Assembly: GCA_038230375.1 (NCBI GenBank)
Contig: JBBRNJ010000072.1
Span: 1 to 45,831 of the forward strand
DNA length: 45,831 nucleotides
Source: Polyangiales bacterium
GTDB lineage: Bacteria > Myxococcota_A > Polyangia > Polyangiales > Polyangiaceae
Reading direction: 5' to 3'
The notes beneath the pieces are model-generated. The model saw only the letters and a program-made list of their open reading frames with translations, was not told the origin of the DNA and did not search any database. Positions 18,875 to 27,880 of this stretch are shown in pieces; position 1 is the stretch's first letter; every line of letters starts with the position of its first letter. The translations under genes were made by a program, and so were the position numbers.

Positions 18875-20044
18875 ATGCAGTCTCTCCCCACGAAAGAAGA
18901 GCGAAGGACTCGACGAGCGTGGGTGAGGTTCTCCATCGCCATCGTCGTCGCCGTGGCCCCGCTCGGGGCGGTCGCTGCCTGCGGTAGCTCGTCGTCCACG
19001 CAGTTTGCGCCGCCGCAAGATCACCCCGACGGTGGAGGAGGCACGACCGGCACGAAGGACGGTAGCGGTGGGTCCACGACCCTCGACGGCTCGCAGGCGC
19101 GCACGGCGTGCCCGGCGCTGCCCTACGCGAAGCAGCTGACCAACATCGTCTACGAGGTGGCGAAACACATGGCGGCTCCAGAGGGCGGCGCGCTTCCCAC
19201 GGTCAACATTCCCTCCGCGGCGGACCGCGACAAGTTCGGCGGGCAGGTGCTCGAGGCGTTGAAGTTCGAGGGCACCGAGGCTTGCCCCCTTCCGCCTTCC
19301 TACATCGTGATGTCCTTCGTCGACAACGGTGACCAGATCCGCCTGGTCGGCGAGCTGGACAAGTACGGCACGGCAACGCCGGTCCTCAACTGGGGAGCGT
19401 ACGCGGCGCGCCGCGCCGGACCGGGCACGCGCCAGCTGGTGGTCGAGGCAGCGCATCCCCTGGCCGACTCGGACACGGACCAGGAGTCGGCGCGCGTGTT
19501 CGCTGCGACGCGCGCGGAGTGGTACATGATCGCGGGCTCACATCGCTGCGCGAACGCCGCCGTCAGCGGCTGCGACGGGACCACCGCCGTGTGCAGCCCG
19601 GGCACGGCAAATCCCTATCGCGAGTCGGACACGGCTCACTCGACCAAGACCCCGTTCTACGGCGTCCACGTGGCCCTGTCCGCCGCGACCACAGCGTCAT
19701 TCCTCCAGCTCCACAGCAACGGCCAGACGTGTCCTGCGGCGCTACTCAGTGACAGCTCTGGCACGTTTCCGGAAGGCGGGATCACGTCCACCTTTGGCAA
19801 GGCGCTCGAGGAAGCTGGCGTGACTGTCGGTCGCTGCGGCTCCGGCTTCCCCACGGCCGCTTGCAGTCTGTGCGGCACGGACAACGTCGAGGCGCGCTTC
19901 AATGCGGGTGCCTCGGATTCCTGTACGGCCCTCGGTACGACCTATGGTCGGTTCATTCACCTGGAGCAACAGTCGACCCTCGTCTCGACCACGGGCGCCC
20001 AACCGCTCATCGACGCGCTCAAGGCCACGTTCCCGCCCCGCTGA
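18875..20044 (+). CDS. Lipoprotein, putative Zn-dependent hydrolase
   Basis: VAAC lipobox; VVEAAHP, AGSHRCAN, SDTAH and FLQLHS motifs. The start may be the GTG at about 18923. Confidence 0.75.
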   Translation: MQSLPTKEERRTRRAWVRFSIAIVVAVAPLGAVAACGSSSSTQFAPPQDHPDGGGGTTGTKDGSGGSTTLDGSQARTACPALPYAKQLTNIVYEVAKHMAAPEGGALPTVNIPSAADRDKFGGQVLEALKFEGTEACPLPPSYIVMSFVDNGDQIRLVGELDKYGTATPVLNWGAYAARRAGPGTRQLVVEAAHPLADSDTDQESARVFAATRAEWYMIAGSHRCANAAVSGCDGTTAVCSPGTANPYRESDTAHSTKTPFYGVHVALSAATTASFLQLHSNGQTCPAALLSDSSGTFPEGGITSTFGKALEEAGVTVGRCGSGFPTAACSLCGTDNVEARFNAGASDSCTALGTTYGRFIHLEQQSTLVSTTGAQPLIDALKATFPPR

Positions 20045-20113
20045 CGCGTCCGCCCCGCTGATGCGTCAAGCACGCTCTGGCCGCGCAAGTCCGTGATCGG
20101 AATGCGCTTGGCC

Positions 20114-20151
20114 GGACATTGTCCTGTCATGGGACATCATGGGACGTGACA
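20114..20151. promoter_or_regulatory. Candidate operator overlapping the response regulator start
   Basis: GGACAtTGTCC dyad followed by direct repeats of TCATGGGAC 10 bp apart (20127 and 20137). Confidence 0.35.
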
Positions 20152-20738
20152 GTGGGGGTCGAACCATCGCGGTCGTGGACGCGGACGCGGCCTTTCGCAG
20201 CATGGTTGTTCGAACTTTCGAGTCGCTCGGGCACCGGGTCGTGGAGGCCGCGACTGCCCCAACCCATCTCACGGGCGTCGACGGCCTTATCCTCGACCCG
20301 GCGGTGCTCACCCCCACAGCTCCTCCGGGACGCCCGGCGCAGGATCTGGCGCTGGACCTCATCGTTCGCCTGCGGAAACAAGCACACGGTCTGCCCATCG
20401 CGGTCATGAGCGCGGACACCCGCGTGGAGACCGTGGTGCGGACCATGCGGCTCGGCGTGGTGGACTACGTGACGAAGCCGGCGGACAGAGCGCGGCTGCT
20501 CGTGGCTGCCACGCGGCTCGTGGAGGCGCGGGCCCAGGTGGATGCTGCGCTCGGGCTCCTGTCGTTGCCGCCAATGAAGGACATCGAGAGGGCCCTCATC
20601 GAGCGCGCACTCGCCTGGAATCGCGGGCAGGTTGCGAGGACGGCGCGAACGCTCGGCATCGGACGCGCGACGCTGTACCGGAAGCTCGGCGAGATGGGGC
20701 ACCCTCTGCCTCGCGGCGGGAAGCGCAGCGGCGGGTGA
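20139..20738 (+). CDS. Response regulator: receiver plus Fis-type HTH, no AAA+ domain
   Basis: IAVVDAD, LILD, VMSA and YVTKP receiver motifs; IERALIERAL...VARTARTLGIGRATLYRKL. Confidence 0.85.
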   Translation: MGRDSGGRTIAVVDADAAFRSMVVRTFESLGHRVVEAATAPTHLTGVDGLILDPAVLTPTAPPGRPAQDLALDLIVRLRKQAHGLPIAVMSADTRVETVVRTMRLGVVDYVTKPADRARLLVAATRLVEARAQVDAALGLLSLPPMKDIERALIERALAWNRGQVARTARTLGIGRATLYRKLGEMGHPLPRGGKRSGG

Positions 20739-20750
20739 CGTGCTAGCCGG

Positions 20751-21728
20751 GTGACGCGTAGCGTTCGTGCTAGCGTCCACGCACCCGTGCCGACGATCAT
20801 CGAGCCCCCGGCGGTACACGTGGAGTACGTCGCACCGGCGGCATGCCCGCCCGTGGCGAGCTTCATTGGTGGGCTGTCGGCGCGCGGCGTGCGCGTGACG
20901 GATGCAGAGGGCGCGCGGCCGCTGTCGGCGAGCATCCGCGGGAACGCATCCGACGGCTACGTCGGCACCGTCTCGGTGGGAGTCGGTGGGGCCGAGCGGC
21001 ACGTCCAGGGTCGGGTCTGCTCGGAGGTGACGTCTGCGCTCGCGTTCGTGGCGTCGCTCGAGGTCGAGGCGATCGAGAGGGAAGCGGCGTCGCAGAAGGA
21101 CCCATCGGGCCCGGACGAGCCGAAGGACACGCTGCCGAAGGACACGCTGCCGAAGGGCACGCTGCCGAAGGATGTGCAGCCGAAGGACAGCAGTGGTAGC
21201 GCGTCTGTGCTGGCGTCGCTCGATCTCGGCGCCGGGGCCGCCGCCGTCGCAGGTCCCCTGCCCGCTGCCGCATTTGCGGTGCCGCTCTTCGTGGAGGCGG
21301 GCTTCGCCACGGCGGCCTCCATTCCCCTTCACCTGCGCCTGCGGTTCCAGCAGGTCGGTCAGAACGCGTCGACGCCGACCTACGGCGCGCAGTTCACGCT
21401 CACGACGGGTAGCGTCGAGCTCTCCGGAATGGTCCTGGAATCGGGCCGTTTTCGGGCGTTCGGGGGGATCCGCATCGACGCGGGCACCCTCGCCGCGGCT
21501 GGCACGCAGATAACGCCGGCGCTCCGGAGCTCACGCCCATGGGTCGCGGTGGGACCAGATGTTCGCGCGCGCTTGGTGATCGCTGGTCCCTTCTTCGCGG
21601 AGCTGGATGTCGGCATTCCGTTTGCGCTCACCCGTGACCGCTTCTTCGTCGAGCCAAGCACGACCGTGCATCGACCAGGCGTCGTTGGCGCCGCCGGCGC
21701 CCTCGACCTGGGATTTTCACTGTTCTAG
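20751..21728 (+). CDS. Hypothetical exported protein with a probable C-terminal beta-barrel, associated with the ECF cassette
   Basis: YVAPAACP and GRVCSEVTSALA motifs, amphipathic beta strands and a terminal Phe. Start uncertain. Confidence 0.7.
   Translation: MTRSVRASVHAPVPTIIEPPAVHVEYVAPAACPPVASFIGGLSARGVRVTDAEGARPLSASIRGNASDGYVGTVSVGVGGAERHVQGRVCSEVTSALAFVASLEVEAIEREAASQKDPSGPDEPKDTLPKDTLPKGTLPKDVQPKDSSGSASVLASLDLGAGAAAVAGPLPAAAFAVPLFVEAGFATAASIPLHLRLRFQQVGQNASTPTYGAQFTLTTGSVELSGMVLESGRFRAFGGIRIDAGTLAAAGTQITPALRSSRPWVAVGPDVRARLVIAGPFFAELDVGIPFALTRDRFFVEPSTTVHRPGVVGAAGALDLGFSLF
21120..21189 (+). repeat. 15-bp in-frame tandem repeat (PKDTL x about 4.5)
   Basis: CCGAAGGACACGCTG unit, with the later copies degenerate. 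Confidence 0.85.
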
Positions 21729-21861
21729 GGACCAACCGAGATCAAGTGCGGCGCGGTCGGACATTTTCAATTTCGAAGCTATGGTGTGCGCCGTGTCCAT
21801 CATGATTGGCAGCGAGGGACCGCCCCGGAATCGGGTGGATGAACCTGTGCGGTCGCATCTC

Positions 21862-22446
21862 ATGGAGCCCCAGGTCGAGACTGCGCCCGCATCATCAGTG
21901 GCAGCGGCGGCACCCGCCTCTGCATCGAACGATGCGGTTCGCCTGCGTGCGATGGTCGACGAGCACTTCGACTTCGTGTTCCGGACGCTCCGTGCGTTCG
22001 GTGTGCGGCACGCGGACGCGGAAGACGGGGCGCAGGCGGTGTTCATCATCGCGTCCCGCAAGCTCTCCCTGATCACCACGGGAAGCGAGCGTGCGTTCCT
22101 GTTCGCTACGGCACGCGGGGTGGCCAGCAATGCGCGCCGCTCCGGCATGCGCAACCGCGAGGACGTGAGCTCCGACGCGTTGCCGGCAACGGTCGACCAG
22201 GCGCCGAGCCCGGAGGAGGCAGCAGCGCGCAGCCAGGCCAGGACGCACCTCGTCCGCATCCTGGACGGCATGGACGATGATGCCCGCGCCGTGTTCGTGC
22301 TCTTCGAGCTCGAGGGCCTGACGATGGCGGAGATCGCCAAGGTCGTCGACGTACCACCCGGGACGGTCGCCTCCAGGCTGCGCCGCGCGCGAGAGATCTT
22401 CGAGCGCGGGTCGCGCGAGCTCGGCAGCGACGGAGGCTCCCAATGA
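21862..22446 (+). CDS. ECF sigma-70 family sigma factor
   Basis: HFDFVFRTLR..GV...DAEDGAQAVF and RAVFVLFELEGLTMAEIA....PPGTVASRLRRAR. Alternative ATGs at 21781 and 21802. Confidence 0.92.
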   Translation: MEPQVETAPASSVAAAAPASASNDAVRLRAMVDEHFDFVFRTLRAFGVRHADAEDGAQAVFIIASRKLSLITTGSERAFLFATARGVASNARRSGMRNREDVSSDALPATVDQAPSPEEAAARSQARTHLVRILDGMDDDARAVFVLFELEGLTMAEIAKVVDVPPGTVASRLRRAREIFERGSRELGSDGGSQ

Positions 22447-23267
22447 CCGACCCTCAACGCTTGCTCCACGACGCGCAGACAACGGACCTGCAGCGCTCTC
22501 TCCTCGGTTCGTTGGCGGACGAGGCGCCGCCCTCGCGCGCGCGTCGACGGACGCTCGCCGCGCTGGGCCTGCCTGCAGCAGCCGTGGGTGGGGCCACGAC
22601 GCTCGCCGCTGCGACCAAGGGAGCCACCGCATCCACCGCATCCACCGCATCCACCGCATCCACCGCGATCGGCATGGGGAAGGGCACGCTCGGTCTCGTG
22701 ACATGGGTGAAGTGGGGCGGCGCCTTGCTCGCGCTCACCATCGTGGGGGGGAGCGGATACGCGATCGCCAAGCGTGCCGCGCCAACGCCGCGCGCATCCT
22801 CGGCTCCCCTGCTCGTGCCTGTTGTCACGGCGAGGTCAGTGGAGCCCGCGCAGTCCGCGACCGGCACGGCCGAGAGCACGGTCGTTCTTCTGCCACCCAC
22901 GCGGGAGGCGGACGCACTTCCGCTCGTCGGAGACGCGAAGGGCAAGCCCGCGGCACCGCCCCGCGTGTCCTCCGCCTCCCCTCCAGCCGGCGGCTCGGGC
23001 ACACTGCTCCCGGAGTTGACGTTGATGGACCACGCGCGCCAGTCCTTCGCGCAAGGCTCGTACGCTGAATCCGTGCGTGCGGTGACGACCTACGAGGCAC
23101 GCTACCCGCAGGGCTCGTTCGTACAGGAGGCGGAGTTCATTCGCGTGCGCGCGCTCTTCGAGCAGCACGATCCCGACGGCCCCAGGGCCGCGCGTGCCTT
23201 CTTGACCCAGTACCCGTCGAGTCCGTACGCTCCGAGAGTGCGTACGCTCGTCGGTGGAGGGCCGTGA
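22443..23267 (+). CDS. Putative transmembrane anti-sigma factor with C-terminal TPR-like helices
   Basis: ATGA overlap with the ECF gene; DPQRLL N-terminus, one TM, Pro-rich linker, EL.L...AR...YP.G....EA...YPSSPY tail. Confidence 0.8.
   Translation: MTDPQRLLHDAQTTDLQRSLLGSLADEAPPSRARRRTLAALGLPAAAVGGATTLAAATKGATASTASTASTASTAIGMGKGTLGLVTWVKWGGALLALTIVGGSGYAIAKRAAPTPRASSAPLLVPVVTARSVEPAQSATGTAESTVVLLPPTREADALPLVGDAKGKPAAPPRVSSASPPAGGSGTLLPELTLMDHARQSFAQGSYAESVRAVTTYEARYPQGSFVQEAEFIRVRALFEQHDPDGPRAARAFLTQYPSSPYAPRVRTLVGGGP
22624..22666 (+). repeat. 9-bp in-frame tandem repeat (AST)n
   Basis: CCACCGCAT x4 plus a partial copy. Confidence 0.9.
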
Positions 23268-23827
23268 GGAGGCCACGGATAGCGGCCTTGATGACGCTCG
23301 TCGCCGCCGTGTCGTGCACCAGTGGCATCGCATCGTTCGCGCTCGCCGCCTGCGGAACCGACGTGAGCCTTGGCGGTGGTGGTGACGCGGCGAGCCCCTT
23401 GGCGGAGGCAGGCGTCGACACGGGGGCAAACGCGCTTGACACGCTGGACTGCGAGCCCTGCTCCACCACGTCCGCATGCCGAGCCCGCAGCTCGTGTGCG
23501 GCGGTCGATGGCGGGGACGCCTTCTGTTTCGCGAGCTGCGACGCCAGCACCCAGTGCGAGCCCGACGAGCTGTGTGGCGCCGCGCAGGACGTCGCCCAGA
23601 CACCCACGCTCGCGTGCGTCCCGAACGGGGGCGCGTGCCCCGCCGTCGTCGGACCGGTGGGACCCGATGGTGGAACGCTCGACCAGTGCGGCTCGCTCGT
23701 GGGCCCGAAGGTCGCCGACGCTGGCTGCAAGGCTTGCCACTACGACTGTCAGAACAACGGATGCTACGGCGGCTACTACTGCGACGTGGTGACCAAGGAC
23801 TGCGCGCGCCCGCCAAGCAAATGCTGA
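23264..23827 (+). CDS. Cys-rich lipoprotein
   Basis: GTGA overlap, LAAC lipobox, many Cys; contains CKACH. Confidence 0.8.
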   Translation: MRRPRIAALMTLVAAVSCTSGIASFALAACGTDVSLGGGGDAASPLAEAGVDTGANALDTLDCEPCSTTSACRARSSCAAVDGGDAFCFASCDASTQCEPDELCGAAQDVAQTPTLACVPNGGACPAVVGPVGPDGGTLDQCGSLVGPKVADAGCKACHYDCQNNGCYGGYYCDVVTKDCARPPSKC

Positions 23828-23922
23828 TAAAAGAGCCTCGCTCCATGCGACGCCGTTTGGCCGTGTCGGGGGGGCTTGTTGGACGCTAGTTCAGCCGTTC
23901 ATATGTGATAATACGCGTCGCG

Positions 23923-25257
23923 ATGGCGGCTCCTGCCTCTACCCCACAGCTCGAAGGATGGGGACGTGTGCCCGTGGAGGGACGCGAGATCCTCTCCGAG
24001 AACCTCGAGCGCGTGACGCCCGGCACCGTGCTCATGCGCGGGCTCGGCCGCTCGTACGGCGATTCATCGCTGCCGGCGCACCCCGAAGACAGAGTCGTGG
24101 CCACGCGCCTTGCGAATCGCATCATCGCGTTCGACCCGCTCACGGGCGTCCTTCGCGGCGAGGCGGGCGTCAGCCTGGTGGAGCTCAATCGCATCTTCTT
24201 GCCCCGCGGCTGGTTCACGCCCGTCACGCCGGGTACGAAGTACGTGACGCTCGGCGGCATGGTCGCATCGGACGTGCACGGCAAGAACCACCACGTCGCA
24301 GGTTGCTTCGGCGCCCACGTGCGCGCGCTCAAGATGCGCCTTGCAGACGACAGCATCGTCGAGTGCGGGCCCGACGCCGAGCCGGAGCTATTCTGGGCGA
24401 CCGTCGGCGGCATGGGCCTCACGGGGCACGTCCTCGAGGTCGAGTTCACCATGGACAAGATCTCGAGCCCCTGGATCTGGCGCGAGAGCACACGCGTGCG
24501 CGATCTGGGCGAGTACCTGGACGCTCTCAACGCGGCGGCGCCACGCTGGCCCATGACAGTGGGATGGATTGACTGCGTCTGCAAGGGCAGCGGCATGGGC
24601 CGCGGCATCCTCGACGCGGGTCGCTGGGCGACGCGCGAGGAAGCGGGCGACGCGGTGCCGAAGGGCGGCCTTTCGATCAAGTTCCCCATCGACCTACCCG
24701 GCTGGGCCGTCAACGACTTCACCGTCGGGCTCTTCAACACCGCGTACTACTGGAAGCAGTTCGAGTCGCGCATCACGGGTCTCGCGACGTCGAACCAGTT
24801 CTTCTACCCGCTCGACGGAATCCTCGAGTGGAACCGCGGCTACGGCAAGCGCGGCTTCACGCAGTACCAGTGCGTCATCCCGCGCAGGGCAGGCGTCCAC
24901 GCCGTGACGGAGTTCATGCAGCTGCTCACGAAGCTGGGCGGCGCCTCACCGCTCTCCGTGATCAAGGACTGCGGGCCCGAGGGCAAAGGCCTGCTCTCGT
25001 TCCCGCTCGAGGGCACGTCGGTCGCCGTCGACATGGCGGTCACGCCGGAGCTCCAGAAGATCGTCGATCGTCTGAACGAGTTCGTGATCGAAACCGGCGG
25101 TCGCATCTACCTCACCAAGGACCGGTTCACGCGCCCGGAGCATTTCCGCGCGATGGAGCCGCGGCTCCCGGCATTCCTCGCGGCGCGCGAGAAGTACGAT
25201 CCCAAGCGCAAGCTGCGAAGCGCGCAGTCCGTCAGGTTGTTCGGAGACAAGGCATAG
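23923..25257 (+). CDS. dprE1: DprE1-like FAD-linked oxidoreductase (polyprenyl-phospho-ribose 2'-oxidase)
   Basis: RGLGRSYGD, PVTPGTKYVTLGGMVASDVHGKNHH, LFWATVGGMGLTG, FFYPLD, WNRGYG..GF.QYQ, GGRIYLTKD. Confidence 0.88.
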   Translation: MAAPASTPQLEGWGRVPVEGREILSENLERVTPGTVLMRGLGRSYGDSSLPAHPEDRVVATRLANRIIAFDPLTGVLRGEAGVSLVELNRIFLPRGWFTPVTPGTKYVTLGGMVASDVHGKNHHVAGCFGAHVRALKMRLADDSIVECGPDAEPELFWATVGGMGLTGHVLEVEFTMDKISSPWIWRESTRVRDLGEYLDALNAAAPRWPMTVGWIDCVCKGSGMGRGILDAGRWATREEAGDAVPKGGLSIKFPIDLPGWAVNDFTVGLFNTAYYWKQFESRITGLATSNQFFYPLDGILEWNRGYGKRGFTQYQCVIPRRAGVHAVTEFMQLLTKLGGASPLSVIKDCGPEGKGLLSFPLEGTSVAVDMAVTPELQKIVDRLNEFVIETGGRIYLTKDRFTRPEHFRAMEPRLPAFLAAREKYDPKRKLRSAQSVRLFGDKA

Positions 25258-25998
25258 ATGAAGGCAGTGGTCCTTGGTGGAACCAGTGGCATGGGCCGCG
25301 CGATCGCGCAGAAGCTCGTGGAGCGCGGCGACTCCGTCTTTCTCCTCGGTTTCCCCGAGTCGGATCTCGAGAAGAGCGCGGCGGATCTCAAGGCACGTCA
25401 TGCAAAGGGCGAGACCGCGAAGTATGCCGTGCTCGATCTGGAGAAGCCCGAGGGCTTCGCGGCGGCGCTCGACGCGGCGGACAAGGCGCTCGACGAGTTC
25501 GACACGATGATCGTGACTGCCGCGATGTTCGCGACGCCGGATCAGATGGAGGACAACATCGAGCTCCTAAGGCGCCTCGTCACCGTGAACTACGCCAACA
25601 CCGTGGTGTTCTGCGAACACGTGAAGAAGCGCCTGCTCGCGCGTGGTGGCGGCAAGCTGACTGTGTTCTCGTCCGTCGCGGGTGAGCGTGGCCGAAAGCC
25701 CGTGGGTGTGTACGGCTCCTCCAAGGCGGGGCTCTCCATCTACCTGGAGGCGCTCGATCACAAGCACAACGCGCAAGGTCTGGACGTGCTGTGCGTGAAG
25801 CCGGGCTTCGTGAAGACGGGCATGACCGCGGGCCTCAAGCCGCCGCCGTTTGCTGGCGAACCAGACCAGGTCGCGCGCGACGTGCTCGCCGCGATGGACG
25901 CGAAGAAACCTGTACTCTACACGCCTTTCATGTGGGCGCTGGTCATGTTCATCATCCGGCTCTTGCCCCGCTTCGTGATGCGCAAGATCAACTTCTGA
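25258..25998 (+). CDS. dprE2: DprE2-like short-chain dehydrogenase (copy 1)
   Basis: LGGTSGMG, VNY, SSVAGERGR...YGSSKAG, VKPGFVKT.MT, W..VM..IR.LP; abuts dprE1. Confidence 0.8.
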   Translation: MKAVVLGGTSGMGRAIAQKLVERGDSVFLLGFPESDLEKSAADLKARHAKGETAKYAVLDLEKPEGFAAALDAADKALDEFDTMIVTAAMFATPDQMEDNIELLRRLVTVNYANTVVFCEHVKKRLLARGGGKLTVFSSVAGERGRKPVGVYGSSKAGLSIYLEALDHKHNAQGLDVLCVKPGFVKTGMTAGLKPPPFAGEPDQVARDVLAAMDAKKPVLYTPFMWALVMFIIRLLPRFVMRKINF

Positions 25999-26073
25999 AG
26001 GCGCGCTCGCGTCGAACTCACATCGAACTCGCGTCCATCTCCTGTCCATCTCCCGTCGATCCACCGCGCAGCC

Positions 26074-26826
26074 TCAGCGTCCCGACAGGAACGGCAGGAT
26101 CTGGAAGACCTGTTCAGGCGTGTTCTTCACGACGGGCATGATCGCGCCCCAGAACGCCGGCACGTAGGCCTCTGCCTTGCCGGCGTCCATGGCCGCGACA
26201 ATGTCCCTGGCCACCCGAGCGGGCTTGCCGAAGAGCATGTGCTTCTTGTGGCCACGGGTCATGGGCGAGTCCACGGGACCAAGCTTGAGCGTGGTCACCT
26301 TCACCGAGCTCGCGTAGAGCCGCGTGCGAAGACCTTGCAGGAAGACGTTGAGCGCGCCTTTTGCGGCGCCGTAGGTGTAGTTGCGTGGCCTTCCGCGCTC
26401 ACCAGCGACCGACGTGATCACCCCCAGGCAACCGCTTCGCTCCTTCTCCATCGCGTTCGCGAGCGGGATCAGGAGCGACACGACCGACGTGAAGTTGGTT
26501 CGAAGAATTTTCTCCGCATCCACGAAGCTGCGCTCGCTCGCGAGCTGATCACCCAGGTCGCCGTGAGCGATGAGCGCGACATCCAGGCCCGAGAGCGCAT
26601 CGATCGCCGCGCGAACCACGTCCTCGTTCTGCGTGAGCACGTCGAAGTCCACGCACTGCGACGTCACGCTCGCGGCGCCCACTGTCGTGCACGCGCGCAC
26701 GATCTCGTCGAGCTTCGCTTCGTTGCGTCCGACCAGGTGGAGCCGCTCGCCACGTCTCGCATGAATCTGCGCCACCTGGGACGCGACAGCGGATGTGGCA
26801 CCAAGGATGAGGACGCGCTTTGCCAT
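26074..26826 (-). CDS. DprE2-like short-chain dehydrogenase (copy 2, convergent)
   Basis: LGATSAVA, TNF, TSVAGERGRPRNYTYGAAKG, KLGPVDSPMT, WGAIM.VVK..P. Confidence 0.88.
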   Translation of the reverse strand: MAKRVLILGATSAVASQVAQIHARRGERLHLVGRNEAKLDEIVRACTTVGAASVTSQCVDFDVLTQNEDVVRAAIDALSGLDVALIAHGDLGDQLASERSFVDAEKILRTNFTSVVSLLIPLANAMEKERSGCLGVITSVAGERGRPRNYTYGAAKGALNVFLQGLRTRLYASSVKVTTLKLGPVDSPMTRGHKKHMLFGKPARVARDIVAAMDAGKAEAYVPAFWGAIMPVVKNTPEQVFQILPFLSGR

Positions 26827-26840
26827 GCGCGCACTATAAG

Positions 26841-27749
26841 TCAGGTCTTGCGCACGGGCAGCTTCGGCTTTGCACGGAAGATGAGCAACGCGGCGAAGCC
26901 AATGAACGCGAGCGACAGCTCGATGGCGTGCGTGAAGAGCGAGATGGCCGTTGCGTGCGCGGCTGTGGTGCCCAGAGACTTGGCGGAGAACGCGAAGACG
27001 GCCTCGCGCACGCCCATCTGACCGGGCACCAGGACGCCGATCGACGCGCCCAGCAGCCGCACGCCTTCGTTCGCGACGGAGCCGAAGAACGTGGGCGTGC
27101 CTCCCATCGATTGCGTGATGAACACCTGCTCGAGCACCTTGATGAAGAGGCTCGCGAGCAGGCACGCGCTCGGGCCCAGCGCGAGCACGTGGCCCGTTTT
27201 TGCAACGGTGTGGAGGCGCTCGATCGCGTTCTTGCGCTTGGGCCAGCGATTCGAGAACCATGCAGCTGCGCGCGCCGACCGCATCACAACACGAAGCAAC
27301 GTTCCCAGCGTGTAGAGCAGTGCGGTGTTTCCGAGCAGCACCCAGCAGAGCGGCGTTCCGCGGGTGGCGAAGGCAGCGAGCAAGCACATGGTGCCGACCG
27401 AGAAGAATGTGGCGGCCTGCAGTGTGGCGCCTGCGGACGCGGACTCGGGCACGCCTACGTGCTCGCCCAGGACGGTGGTCTTCAGCGCCTCTGCAGCGGG
27501 CCGCGGCGCCGGGAAGACCGTGATGGCGGCGTACGCACCAAGGTGCGCGAGCGTCATCACACCCCACGGGACGCGTCGGCCAAGAGCGAGTCGCGTCGCA
27601 GCGGCCTCGCAGAACACGCGCCCCAGCTCGCACAGGACGCAGAGCGGGAGCACGGGCAGCGCAGGCTTGAGCGACGCGTAGACCTCCGCGAATCCCAGCT
27701 GGAGTGGAACCGCGAGCGCGAGCGCCACGCCCACGAACGCGAGGATCAC
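26841..27749 (-). CDS. Lysylphosphatidylglycerol-synthase TM-type (flippase-like) membrane protein
   Basis: Multiple TM segments; P.PRPAAEALK and VPGQMGVREAVF motifs. The frame stays open to about 27840, so the start may be further upstream. Confidence 0.7.
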   Translation of the reverse strand: MILAFVGVALALAVPLQLGFAEVYASLKPALPVLPLCVLCELGRVFCEAAATRLALGRRVPWGVMTLAHLGAYAAITVFPAPRPAAEALKTTVLGEHVGVPESASAGATLQAATFFSVGTMCLLAAFATRGTPLCWVLLGNTALLYTLGTLLRVVMRSARAAAWFSNRWPKRKNAIERLHTVAKTGHVLALGPSACLLASLFIKVLEQVFITQSMGGTPTFFGSVANEGVRLLGASIGVLVPGQMGVREAVFAFSAKSLGTTAAHATAISLFTHAIELSLAFIGFAALLIFRAKPKLPVRKT

Positions 27750-27880
27750 GCGGATGAGATGGAGCCGCCGAACGCGCTTGACCTCACGTGCGAGCTCGTC
27801 GGACTCCGGAACCTTCGGCGTGGTCTGCGTGGAGCTCAGAGCCGCGAGCGTACCCTAATGCCGCACGGGAGGCGCGGCCC

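Noticed and set aside
18284..19456. Full 390-aa minus-strand gene
   Set aside because: Only the last 120 or so codons look coding; the rest is antisense to plus-strand genes.
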